Of a stretch of 38,760 nucleotides of DNA, positions 1 to 8,010 are shown in pieces. Each line of letters begins with the position of its first letter. The stretch's first letter is position 1. A program made the translations under genes and the position numbers. Origin of the DNA: Acidobacteriaceae bacterium (lineage in GTDB: Bacteria > Acidobacteriota > Terriglobia > Terriglobales > Acidobacteriaceae); NCBI GenBank assembly GCA_003140655.1, contig PLKR01000289.1:1-38760 (forward strand), written 5' to 3'. The notes beneath the pieces are model-generated. The model was not told the DNA's origin. It saw nothing but the letters and a program-made list of their open reading frames with translations, and did not search any database.

Positions 1-134
1 CGGTGATTTTGGTCTGGATTACCCGCTTACTGAAAAAAGCCTGACAGCCGTTACGCCTCTCCACAACCTTATTTCGTGGGATAGGAGCTATCGGTGCGGG
101 CGGATAAGCGCTTCAAGTATTTCGGCCATGGAGC

Positions 135-881
135 CTAGTCCATGAGCAAGCCACCGTTCACGTCAAGAATCTCCCCCGTGATGTAGCGGGCGTCTTCGCT
201 GGCCAAGAAAGCCACAGCCTTTGCAACATCACTGGCTTCTCCTGGCTTCTTGCCGAGCGGGATACGGCCGAACATGCTTGCGATACCCGGGACCCCATGC
301 AAGAAGTCGGTGTTGATGATTCCCGGGGCAACGGCGTTCACCGTGATATTGTCAGGGGCTAGGGCTGCGGCCAAGGTTTTGGTTAGGCAGATGACAGCTG
401 CTTTCGATACCGAATAATGAGCCCCCACCAGCAACCCGCCAGTCTTGCCGGCCTGGGATGCCATGTTGATTACGCGCCCGGATTTCTGCTGTCGCATCAC
501 AGGAGCTGCGGTTTGGCAGCTAAACAGGACACCCTTCACGTTAACCGCAAAAACCCGGTCCCATTCCGCTTCGGGAATTTCCTCGAAGGGCTTGACCGTG
601 AAGATCGCGGCATTGTTCACAATAATGTCTATGGCTCCATACCGATTCCGGACGCTCTCGACTACCTCGGCCCACTCTTCTTTTTTGCTGACATCTAGTG
701 AAAAGCTTGTGGAACGATTATCAATAGCCCTGATAGTTTCGAGCGCCTGTTCAAGCTTCTCAGCCTGGATATCCGTCAAGACGCTAATCGCACCCCGTCG
801 CGCGAGCTCAAGCGACGTCTCAAGCCCCATCCCTTGTGCGGCGCCTGTAATGATTGCAACTTTCCCTTCGAGTGGCTTCAT
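135..881 (-). CDS. SDR-family NAD(P)-dependent oxidoreductase
   Basis: 248-aa ORF. It has a Rossmann motif TGAAQGMG, an NNAA motif, and a catalytic Ser plus YSVSK (YxxxK). Its start makes a 4-nt ATGA overlap with the stop of ORF 878..1825. Confidence 0.9.
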   Translation of the reverse strand: MKPLEGKVAIITGAAQGMGLETSLELARRGAISVLTDIQAEKLEQALETIRAIDNRSTSFSLDVSKKEEWAEVVESVRNRYGAIDIIVNNAAIFTVKPFEEIPEAEWDRVFAVNVKGVLFSCQTAAPVMRQQKSGRVINMASQAGKTGGLLVGAHYSVSKAAVICLTKTLAAALAPDNITVNAVAPGIINTDFLHGVPGIASMFGRIPLGKKPGEASDVAKAVAFLASEDARYITGEILDVNGGLLMD

Positions 882-1825
882 TGCTTTTTCGAATTCCCGT
901 ATGTGCGAAAGTACGCTATGACCTCGTCGATTCGATCAGGGACCTTATGATTGAAGTGGTTGGTCACTCCGGACTGGAAACTTGCTTCCAGAAAATCGCG
1001 AGTAGCCTGGCACATCCGAGCAGTGATTCCGATCTCCTCCACCATATGTGTCACTCCCTCCATCTCTTCCCAGCGACGCCCACAATGGGCTGCGTGGGTA
1101 GTCACAAGCATCTGGCTCAGCGGACGCAACCCGTAGGACGTGACTGTTTCTTCGATAGACGATAGCACCGGTTGCGTCACCCCGAACTGATCAGCAGCCA
1201 GCAAGGTTTCGACAAATAGGCATTCCAGTCCCTTCATAAAAATACTTCGACACATCTTCAATGCGGAAGCAGCTCCGACTTCCGCCCCCACCACCGAAGC
1301 AACCAACTGGACCCCCGAGAGGCAGGAGTGAGCTTCCGCAGCGCGCGCCCCGGCGAGAGCCAAAGGCGCGGCAGAACCCTCTCCTGCGATGGAGCCCAGT
1401 ATCGAACCGTCGACATAGCTGCTGCCGGGGAAGCGAGCAGCCATGAGCCGTTTTTCATTTGGCGCAACAGAATTAAAATCGATATAAAGACTTCCGTTCC
1501 ATGCAGAAGCTGCCTCTTGTGCTGCTTGCGACGTCAGTCGCGGTGTCACAAGCGAAAGAACAACGTCGCATCCGCGTACAAGCGTGGCGATGTCTGGTAC
1601 CACTTCAAACACAGAACGATCGAGGCGCCTGCGAAGGTGGTCACGAAGCGGAAGCTGGTTGAGAAGCGGATCGACTACTTGGATCGGCTCACTCAAACTT
1701 TGACCAATGTGGGCGGCAAGGGTTGATCCGGCTTCACCAAAACCGATGATCCCCCAGCGCAATTTATCGACTTTCCTCTGCACGTTTTCTCCGCAAATTA
1801 TATGGATCGATGGTGAGTTCGCCAT
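878..1825 (-). CDS. NAD(P)-binding dehydrogenase, 6-phosphogluconate-dehydrogenase-like N-domain (DUF1932-type)
   Basis: 315-aa ORF with an N-terminal GxGxxG motif (WGIIGFGEAGS). Its size and all-helical C-terminal half are typical of the NAD_binding_2/DUF1932 family. The start is uncertain. ATG 1825 lies inside the RraA pseudogene remnant. GTG 1783 is preceded by GGAGAA and would give a more typical short N-terminus. Confidence 0.7.
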   Translation of the reverse strand: MANSPSIHIICGENVQRKVDKLRWGIIGFGEAGSTLAAHIGQSLSEPIQVVDPLLNQLPLRDHLRRRLDRSVFEVVPDIATLVRGCDVVLSLVTPRLTSQAAQEAASAWNGSLYIDFNSVAPNEKRLMAARFPGSSYVDGSILGSIAGEGSAAPLALAGARAAEAHSCLSGVQLVASVVGAEVGAASALKMCRSIFMKGLECLFVETLLAADQFGVTQPVLSSIEETVTSYGLRPLSQMLVTTHAAHCGRRWEEMEGVTHMVEEIGITARMCQATRDFLEASFQSGVTNHFNHKVPDRIDEVIAYFRTYGNSKKQ

Positions 1826-2095
1826 CGAATCAATCGCTTGACGAACGCGGCTTGCTTAGCGGATCGGGCTTTGGTCCTTTCGAGCGCGTTTGCGGCAGCA
1901 TCGTGTCGAACTGCCGCTGCACCGTCATCGCCAGCTGGTATCAAATCGCGGTGTCCCATCGTTAGTCGCCCATCGTTATGGATTCGTTGAAGGTGTGGTA
2001 GGAGCCGCTGCGCCTGGAATGGGGACGCCAACCCAAAAGACGGGGATGATCGTTGACGGCGCGGACCTACCAGTCGGAAGACGCTTGACATACGG
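1764..2095 (-). pseudogene. 5'-truncated, frameshifted remnant of an RraA-family (HMG/CHA-aldolase-like) gene
   Basis: Manual translation needs at least 4 reading-frame segments to follow the intact paralogue at 3026..3661. The segments are D-W-stop-VRA (vs DGAVRD), PVFWVGVPIPGAA (vs PVFCSGVAIPGTA), FNESITMGD (vs SNEPITMGD), GDDGAAAVRHDAAANALERTKARSAKQAAFVKRLI (vs GDDDGVVVVRRDAAVGVLEKAKARSAKEIAFIKRLR), and DGELTIDPYNLRRKRAEESR-stop (vs DGELTIDLFDLRGKRATKSR-stop). Two perfect DNA blocks, 1855..1874 and 1805..1826, are reverse complements of 3552..3571 and 3599..3620. The 97-aa ORF 1798..2091 in the track is just the longest open frame of this remnant. Confidence 0.75.
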
Positions 2096-2121
2096 ATTCA
2101 TGTTCCACGAGCAGAGCCGCT

Positions 2122-2194
2122 TTTGTCAATGATATATTATAATTTATATGATTTTAGTTATAAATGATAATATACAATCGAATTTTCATAATGT
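2122..2194. promoter_or_regulatory. AT-rich divergent control region between the leftward operon and gntR, containing a TAATAT-type box
   Basis: About 70 bp of almost pure A/T in an otherwise GC-rich window. The segment TTATAAATGATAATATACAAT (2158..2178) resembles the boxes at 14392, 29596, 30570 and 35533. CATAAT at 2187..2192 is a possible -10 element. Confidence 0.4.
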
Positions 2195-2899
2195 ATGCTT
2201 GATAGGGCGACGAATTTCTTGGAAGATGATTGCATGGCAAGCATCCCGGACGTAAGCGCCGCTTCCATCACACACGCGGCCATAGCTCACTCTCACGTTC
2301 GCGACGCGCTACTAAAGGGCACGCTGCGCCCAAATGAGAGAATCCATCAAGTTAGGCTTGCTCAACAGCTCGGAATGAGCCTGGTTCCCGTGAGAGAAGC
2401 CCTTCGGAAGCTTGAGGCTGAGGGGTTCGTCCGCATCATGCCTCATCGCGGGGTCTATGTCAGCCCGATTTCTCGTGCCGAGATGGAAGATGTCTTCGCG
2501 GTCCGACTCGCGATCGAGTCTATGGCGACCAGGCAAGGCGTTTTGCGAATTACCGATAAACAAGTGGAAAAGCTTGCGGACCTTATTTCAAGGATGGAAG
2601 TCGCCCTGTGCTCGCACGACCATCCTCAGTTACTTGAACTCAATCGAGAATTTCACTTTAGCCTTTACGAAGCGTCGGGACGAGAATATCTGTGTAGTTT
2701 GATTTCCCATCTGTGGCAAAAAAGTACGCGGTACCGAACCTCCTACATTCAGCTTCCTGAACGAGCCGATCAGGCACATGAAGAACATAAGGAGATCCTC
2801 GCGGCAGTTCGGGAACGCTCTGTTAAAAAAGCAGTTCGCGCAGTGCGCAACAATATTCAGCAGACGATGCTTGGACTTCTCTCCTCGTCCGACACGTGA
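2195..2899 (+). CDS. GntR-family transcriptional regulator, FadR/FCD subfamily
   Basis: 234-aa ORF. It has a winged-HTH signature (LAQQLGMSLVPVREALRKLEAEGFVRIMPHRGVYV) followed by an all-helical FCD-type C-domain (EHKEILAAV). An alternative start at ATG 2234 is preceded by GGAAGA. Confidence 0.9.
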   Translation: MLDRATNFLEDDCMASIPDVSAASITHAAIAHSHVRDALLKGTLRPNERIHQVRLAQQLGMSLVPVREALRKLEAEGFVRIMPHRGVYVSPISRAEMEDVFAVRLAIESMATRQGVLRITDKQVEKLADLISRMEVALCSHDHPQLLELNREFHFSLYEASGREYLCSLISHLWQKSTRYRTSYIQLPERADQAHEEHKEILAAVRERSVKKAVRAVRNNIQQTMLGLLSSSDT

Positions 2900-3025
2900 G
2901 TGTCATGATCGGGGCGGACTCATGCGAGTTGGGCGGGAGAATTCAAGAAAGCATCTTTCGTTGTCCGCGGTCGATTCTCGTTCCACCGTTGAATCGATGA
3001 CGTTACCGGGACAGAGTGATCGTAA

Positions 3026-3661
3026 ATGAACGAAGTGAATCTAGTCGCAGAGTTAGGGAAATTCGGCACGCCCACGTTGGCCGAAGCTTCGCCCGAAGTC
3101 GTGGCCTTGTCTCCCACGATTGCGCCGCTATTCCGCCCGATCCAGTTAGCAGGAGTCGTGTATCCCATCCAGCTTGGTCCCCAAGACAATTTGGCGGCCC
3201 ATTTTGCTGTGGCGGAAGCTTCTTCGGGATCTGTCCTAGTGATAGCAACCGGACGGGAGACGCGAGTGGGCTTTTGGGGTGAAGTTTTGACAGAGGCTGC
3301 CCTAGCTCGAGGGATCCGCGGCTTAGTAACCGATGGGGCTGTGCGGGATGTTCGCGCCATCAGGGATCGTTCGTTCCCTGTCTTTTGCTCCGGGGTCGCC
3401 ATTCCAGGCACAGCGAAAAACTCTACCGGACTTTCAAACGAACCGATAACAATGGGGGACGTGATGATCCGACCCGGTGATTTGATCCTGGGTGACGATG
3501 ATGGTGTAGTAGTGGTCCGACGCGATGCGGCTGTAGGCGTGCTTGAAAAAGCCAAAGCCCGATCCGCTAAGGAGATCGCTTTCATCAAACGATTGCGTGA
3601 TGGCGAACTCACCATCGATCTATTTGACTTAAGGGGAAAGCGTGCAACGAAAAGCCGATAA
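3026..3661 (+). CDS. RraA-family protein (4-hydroxy-4-methyl-2-oxoglutarate aldolase / oxaloacetate decarboxylase-like)
   Basis: 211-aa ORF carrying the family core GFWGEVLTEAALARGIRGLVTDGAVRDVRAIRD..FPVFCSG. Confidence 0.85.
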   Translation: MNEVNLVAELGKFGTPTLAEASPEVVALSPTIAPLFRPIQLAGVVYPIQLGPQDNLAAHFAVAEASSGSVLVIATGRETRVGFWGEVLTEAALARGIRGLVTDGAVRDVRAIRDRSFPVFCSGVAIPGTAKNSTGLSNEPITMGDVMIRPGDLILGDDDGVVVVRRDAAVGVLEKAKARSAKEIAFIKRLRDGELTIDLFDLRGKRATKSR

Positions 3662-3672
3662 ATTGTACCGAG

Positions 3673-4584
3673 ATGAGCAAGGGCTCTATCGATTCTAATT
3701 CTGTTGCGCCCGACATCTTTGGCTCTCAGCATTTGGTTTCTTGGTCGACGAAACGCCCAATAGTCACCGGCGAGTTTCTTGACCTGAACGGTGACTCCTG
3801 GACCAGCTCTATGGCTGACATGCTTGAAGCGCTCATGCTCGACGGCAAGGTTGCCCTGGTGACCGGCGCCGGTCGCGGCATCGGGAGAAGCACCGCGCTC
3901 ATTATGGCGGCGATGGGTGCTGACCTCGCCGTGGTGAGCCGTACACGAAGTGAACTTGACGAGGTCGTCTTGTCCATTGAAAAGCTCGGACGGCGAGGGT
4001 TGGGCGTCGAATGCGATTTAGCCATGGCCGGCGCTCCGACCCGGATCATCGAAGCTTGTATTTCACATTTCGGTCGGCTTGACATCCTTGTTAACAACGC
4101 CGGCGTGGTCATCCGCAAGCGCGCCGAAGAAATCCTCCCTAAGGATTGGGATGTGATCTTGGAACTAAATATCAAGGCGACGGCAGAGATGTGTCGCTTG
4201 GCTCTGCCTCACTTGCGCCGAAACGCCAACGCCGCCATTATCAACATGTCCTCTATCACAGGCCAAGTCGGCACTCCTCTGCGCGCAGCCTACGCCGCCA
4301 CCAAGGCGGCGATTATTGGTTATACGCGTGTGCTCGCAAAGGAGCTAGCCCCTGAAGGCATCCGTGTCAATGCCGTGCAACCGGGCTTCATTGACACGGA
4401 TTTTGTGAGGCCATTTCTATCGGACGAACCCGACCAAATGGCTGATGTTCTCAAGCACATTCCGCTCGGTCGTATGGGGACGCCCGATGAAGCCGCTTGG
4501 CCGATCGTCTTTCTAGCGTCGCCTGCCGCTTCCTACATAACGGGACAATCGATCGTTATCGATGGGGGGTGGATGTTGTTCTGA
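3673..4584 (+). CDS. SDR-family oxidoreductase
   Basis: It has TGAGRGIG, NNAG and YAATKAA motifs. The 46-aa N-terminal extension of the longest ORF has no SDR counterpart, so the true start is probably ATG 3811, 3820 or 3835. The stop TGA shares one base with the start of the next gene (TGATG at 4582..4586). Confidence 0.85.
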   Translation: MSKGSIDSNSVAPDIFGSQHLVSWSTKRPIVTGEFLDLNGDSWTSSMADMLEALMLDGKVALVTGAGRGIGRSTALIMAAMGADLAVVSRTRSELDEVVLSIEKLGRRGLGVECDLAMAGAPTRIIEACISHFGRLDILVNNAGVVIRKRAEEILPKDWDVILELNIKATAEMCRLALPHLRRNANAAIINMSSITGQVGTPLRAAYAATKAAIIGYTRVLAKELAPEGIRVNAVQPGFIDTDFVRPFLSDEPDQMADVLKHIPLGRMGTPDEAAWPIVFLASPAASYITGQSIVIDGGWMLF

Positions 4585-5528
4585 TGGCCTACTTTGTAGC
4601 GGTGACCGACTCGCCTTCGGGGGACGATCTGTCCATAGAGCGTTCTGTGTTGGGGGGGATGCGCGTTGAAAAGATCTCCTGGAACGACCGCGCAAGCCTG
4701 GCCCGTGCCCTCCGCGAGGCCGATGCCATTCTGTGCATGCATGCGCCTCTTGATGAGCACGTGATTGGTTCTTTGTCGCATTGCAAGATCATAGCTCGTT
4801 TTGGGACGGGATTGGATAACATCAACCGCGATGCTGCCCAGGCCGCAAACATCCACGTTACGGGTGTGGCGGACTATTGCACTGAAGAAGTTGCCAATCA
4901 CACCATGGCTCTGTTGTTGGCCTGGAATCGAAAAATACTGCATTGTCACGGATTCGTACTGGAAAAGCGATGGAATGAGCGGTCCCTGACGACCGGCAAT
5001 TGGGGGTGCGCTCCGATACGGCGCTTGTCGACGCAAACCTTGGGACTTTTGGGATTTGGCCGAATTGGGCGAGCAGTAGCCCAGAGAGCGCTTGCTTTCG
5101 GGATGACGGTTTTGGCGAATACCCGTCACCCTGAACGGGCACAGCTCGAGGGAACAGGAGTCGCCTTGATCAGCCGGGAAGAGCTGTGGAGTCGGTCTGA
5201 CTATGTCTCGTTGCATGTTCCGCTCACGGAAGAGACTCGGCATGTCATTAACGCGGAGACCATTGGAATGATGAAACCCGGTGCCGTCTTAATCAATACG
5301 TCGAGAGGAGGGCTGGTGGACGAAGACGCTCTTGTGACAGCTCTACGCGCAGGACGCCTGGCTGGCGCGCTTCTGGACGTTTTTAAGAGTGCGCCTTTGC
5401 CAGTCGATCATCCGCTCCGGCAGCTGAAGAATGTCATCCTGACTCCCCATGTCGCATTTTATTCGGAAGATGCTCTTCTGGATCTTCGCCGTCTTGCAGC
5501 GGAAGCTGTAAGAGCGTATTTGACTTAA
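4584..5528 (+). CDS. D-isomer-specific 2-hydroxyacid dehydrogenase (CtBP / glyoxylate-hydroxypyruvate reductase-like)
   Basis: NAD-binding motif GLLGFGRIGRAVAQRA. The catalytic-region motifs NTSRGGLVDEDAL and TPHVAFYS are present. I chose ATG 4584 (MAYFVAV...), which overlaps the upstream stop, rather than the ORF-track start at 4497. Confidence 0.85.
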   Translation: MAYFVAVTDSPSGDDLSIERSVLGGMRVEKISWNDRASLARALREADAILCMHAPLDEHVIGSLSHCKIIARFGTGLDNINRDAAQAANIHVTGVADYCTEEVANHTMALLLAWNRKILHCHGFVLEKRWNERSLTTGNWGCAPIRRLSTQTLGLLGFGRIGRAVAQRALAFGMTVLANTRHPERAQLEGTGVALISREELWSRSDYVSLHVPLTEETRHVINAETIGMMKPGAVLINTSRGGLVDEDALVTALRAGRLAGALLDVFKSAPLPVDHPLRQLKNVILTPHVAFYSEDALLDLRRLAAEAVRAYLT

Positions 5529-5711
5529 CCCGTGCCATCCCGGCCATCCAAGCGCGAGAGTATCCCGCGCCGAGGCCATGGGCAGAGAAATCTCGAATGG
5601 TCTGTGAGGGCAGTTGCACCGATTCATCAGTTGGTTTCACTTTGACCCGGGCCTAGATCCGGCGGATTTCGGACGAGCCTAGTCAACCGGATTACTAGAA
5701 GGAGGCATTCG

Positions 5712-6530
5712 GTGTTGGGATTGGATGGGTTTATCGACCCGCATGTGCATTCCGCTCCGGAACATGTCCCGCGGCTCTTGGACGACATTTCCCTCGCCCG
5801 CCAAGCGCTGGAAGCAAAGATGTCTGGCATTCTAATAAAAAGCCACACCACTCTTACAGCGGATCGTGCCACCATTGCCGCGAAAATGGTTCCTGGAATC
5901 CGAGTGTGGGGAGGTTTAGTTCTTAATCATGCGATCGGTGGGTTCAACCCGGCCGCCGTCGAAGTGGCGATTGCTTACGGAGCAGCAGAGATTTGGATGC
6001 CGACCTTCGATGCTCTGAATCACCGTACGTTCTACCGGCAGGGCGGGCGAGGGTTGGCCCTAGATCAAGGCCAAATTCCTGACACGGTGCATCAGATTTT
6101 AGAACTTATCGCAAGGCACGGAGTAATTCTGGGCACGGGCCACCTAAGTGGCCGGGAGATACGCACTTTGGCATGCGTAGCTCGTGAGCACGGCGTGAAA
6201 AAGATTCTGATAACTCACCCCGAAGCACCATTTATCGACTTGCCGGTTTCTACGCAGCGCGAATTGGCGGGTTGGGGGTGCCTTTTTGAACGAACCTGGG
6301 TTTTTACGACCCCGGCACTCGGCGCCGTGATTAGCCCAGATCGACTTGTTCAGGATATTCGGGAAGTGGGTTGCGAAAGCACAGTGTTGGCGACAGATAT
6401 GGGCCAAGTCGGCAATCCGCCGCCAGTCGAGGGGTTTCGGGCGTTCGTCCAGACCTGCCGCGCAGCTGGTTTTGACGAGCGCCAGATTCGGCGTATGGCA
6501 GCTACGAACATTGAACAGTGGTTGATGTGA
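5712..6530 (+). CDS. Amidohydrolase-superfamily metal-dependent hydrolase-like protein (uncharacterised ~270-aa subfamily)
   Basis: GTG start 8 nt after GAAGGAGG. An N-terminal DPHVH (HxH metal motif) is followed by GTGH, ITHPE and ATDMG, spaced as in TIM-barrel metallohydrolases. No specific function was recognised. Confidence 0.65.
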   Translation: MLGLDGFIDPHVHSAPEHVPRLLDDISLARQALEAKMSGILIKSHTTLTADRATIAAKMVPGIRVWGGLVLNHAIGGFNPAAVEVAIAYGAAEIWMPTFDALNHRTFYRQGGRGLALDQGQIPDTVHQILELIARHGVILGTGHLSGREIRTLACVAREHGVKKILITHPEAPFIDLPVSTQRELAGWGCLFERTWVFTTPALGAVISPDRLVQDIREVGCESTVLATDMGQVGNPPPVEGFRAFVQTCRAAGFDERQIRRMAATNIEQWLM

Positions 6531-6546
6531 CGCAGGGAACCTTACC

Positions 6547-7320
6547 ATGCTAAGACGAAATAGCCTCAAACAAAAACTGCTGAAGAAAAAGATCGTCATT
6601 GGGATTTTCCTGGAGATCCCCGATCCGGCCCACGCGGAGATTGCTGGTCTTGCAGACATGGATTTTGTGATTATTGACTTTGAGCACGGTGCATTCTCAA
6701 GGGAATCGGCAATGCATACGGTCCGCGCCGCAACATCGACGGGAATCTCTCCCGTCGTCCGCGTACGAGAAAACTCTGCGCTGGCGATCCAGGAAGGTCT
6801 GGACATCGGCGCCGTTGCGGTGCAAATTCCGCACGTATCTGAAAAAGAGGCCGCCTTCAGCGCGTGTCAATCCGCTCGATTTTATCCGCAAGGCAACCGT
6901 GGGTTAAATCCCTATGTCAGGTCCGCGAGCTACTATGCCCAGACGGCGACCGAATACGTGAAAACTGCCAATGAAGACTTGGTTGTAATTGGTCAGATCG
7001 AAGGGGCGGACGGCGTTCGGAATCTAAGTGAAATTCTTGAGGTTCAGGGTTTAGATGTAGTCTTTCTAGGACCGTACGACCTATCTCAGTCCCTCGGCAT
7101 TCCAGGAGAGCTTGATCATCCTCTCCTGATTGAGTCGATGAAGCAGGTGATCGAAGTGGCGGGTCGTTCTGGCATCATAGTGGGCACATTTGCGGATTCG
7201 CCCGAGCGTGCGCTTGGCTGGATTAAGCTGGGCGTGCGTTATGTTGCCGTTTCTACCGATTCCGAAGTCTTTTTGAGCGCGAGTAGGCGCTTAGTCGAAA
7301 AAATCAGAAGCGAGCTATGA
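6547..7320 (+). CDS. HpcH/HpaI-family class II (pyruvate-forming) aldolase
   Basis: 257-aa ORF with family motifs: IGIFLEIPDP...DFVIIDFEHG, PQGNRG, GQIEG and FLGPYDLS. Confidence 0.85.
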   Translation: MLRRNSLKQKLLKKKIVIGIFLEIPDPAHAEIAGLADMDFVIIDFEHGAFSRESAMHTVRAATSTGISPVVRVRENSALAIQEGLDIGAVAVQIPHVSEKEAAFSACQSARFYPQGNRGLNPYVRSASYYAQTATEYVKTANEDLVVIGQIEGADGVRNLSEILEVQGLDVVFLGPYDLSQSLGIPGELDHPLLIESMKQVIEVAGRSGIIVGTFADSPERALGWIKLGVRYVAVSTDSEVFLSASRRLVEKIRSEL

Positions 7321-7345
7321 GCTCTCCCAGTATTCCGTCTCGAAA

Positions 7346-7738
7346 TTAGAAACCTGCCGCTCCGGCCTCGGCTACCGCATGGTCTTGGTCGCCTGATCCA
7401 CCGCTGACGCCGATTGCACCTACGACCTTGCCATTGCGCTTCAACGGAATGCCTCCGGCAAAGATCATGATTTTCCCGTCGTTTGAGGCATTTATTCCGA
7501 AAAACTGTCCGCCTGACTGAGAGTGGGTGGCCAAGTCTTTCGTAGCGATGTCGAATGCCCGCGAAGTATAGGCTTTCTTTATAGAAATATCGATGCTCCC
7601 CAGCCAAGCTCCATCCATGCGCACGTGGGAAACCAGATTCCCCCCGTCATCTGCAACCGCAATGTTCATTGGTTGGCCGATTTCTTTGGCCTTCTTTTCG
7701 GCGGCAGCAATCACGCGACGCGCGTCTTCCAATGTCAT
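7346..7738 (-). CDS. GlcG/HbpS-like (DUF336) haem-binding-type protein
   Basis: 130-aa ORF. Motifs: MNIAVADDGGNLV, SIDISIKKAYTSRAF, and GGIPL..GKVVGAIGVSGGSGDQDHAVAEAG. The SD sequence AAGGAGAC lies upstream. Confidence 0.85.
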   Translation of the reverse strand: MTLEDARRVIAAAEKKAKEIGQPMNIAVADDGGNLVSHVRMDGAWLGSIDISIKKAYTSRAFDIATKDLATHSQSGGQFFGINASNDGKIMIFAGGIPLKRNGKVVGAIGVSGGSGDQDHAVAEAGAAGF

Positions 7739-7809
7739 AGAGTCTCCTTAGTTTGCGGAGACCGGCCCCATGTCTCTGGCCGATCATCAGGCACAAATCT
7801 TACGTGGGC

Positions 7810-7846
7810 AAAACGGCCAACTCAATGGAAGTTGTGGAGTTGGCCG
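7810..7846 (-). terminator. Candidate intrinsic terminator downstream of the TonB-dependent receptor gene
   Basis: A perfect 10-bp inverted repeat, CGGCCAACTC (7814..7823) / GAGTTGGCCG (7837..7846), has a 13-nt loop. On the minus strand it is followed by only TTTTG, a short U-tract. Confidence 0.45.
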
Positions 7847-8010
7847 CCTTACAAAAGGGTTGTTGTTGATCCAATTGTCTACCAGTACCGCAAGACAGGA
7901 TCGGAGCAGTTCTATCCCGGTTCGTGATCGAATTCCGTCATAAGCCTGGCCGCGTTCAATCAATTGCTCGCAAGGTTCGATAAGTAACGAAACCGTTCGA
8001 AATGGGATAA

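Noticed and set aside
1-134. Open frames at the left edge: a plus-strand frame running into the SDR stop, and a minus-strand GTG at 64 running off the window.
   Set aside because: They are too short and have no motifs. No convincing hairpin accompanies the T-run at about 34..39 (minus strand). Nothing can be supported.
1798-2091. A 97-aa ORF that could be called as a small gene.
   Set aside because: Only its C-terminal half resembles RraA. The rest of the RraA similarity lies in other frames and is interrupted by a stop. I treat it as the longest open frame of a pseudogene remnant, not as a functional CDS.
2920-3732. A long antisense ORF (270 aa). Similar antisense ORFs occur elsewhere, for example 4533..5243, 6144..6806, 11967..12716, 14383..15165, 16291..16758, 17911..18375, 25093..25620 and 36722..37099.
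   Set aside because: Each lies opposite an ORF with clear family motifs (RraA, 2-HADH, amidohydrolase-like, DUF4440, SDR, P450, RraA-like, enolase, MFS). Their translations are Arg/Ser/Pro-rich and low in complexity, with no recognisable motif. This is typical of shadow frames in GC-rich DNA.
3673-3810. N-terminal extensions of the longest ORFs: 3673 (SDR), 4497 (2-HADH), 12723 (lactonase), 14452 (SDR), 17858 (RraA-like), 22889 (Zn-ADH), 25100 (enolase), 31071 (SDR) and 35635 (MFS).
   Set aside because: The extensions overlap the preceding gene or have no counterpart in the protein family. Downstream starts give typical N-termini and often stop/start overlaps or SD sequences. For 3673 the internal start remains uncertain, so I kept the longer coordinates in that feature.
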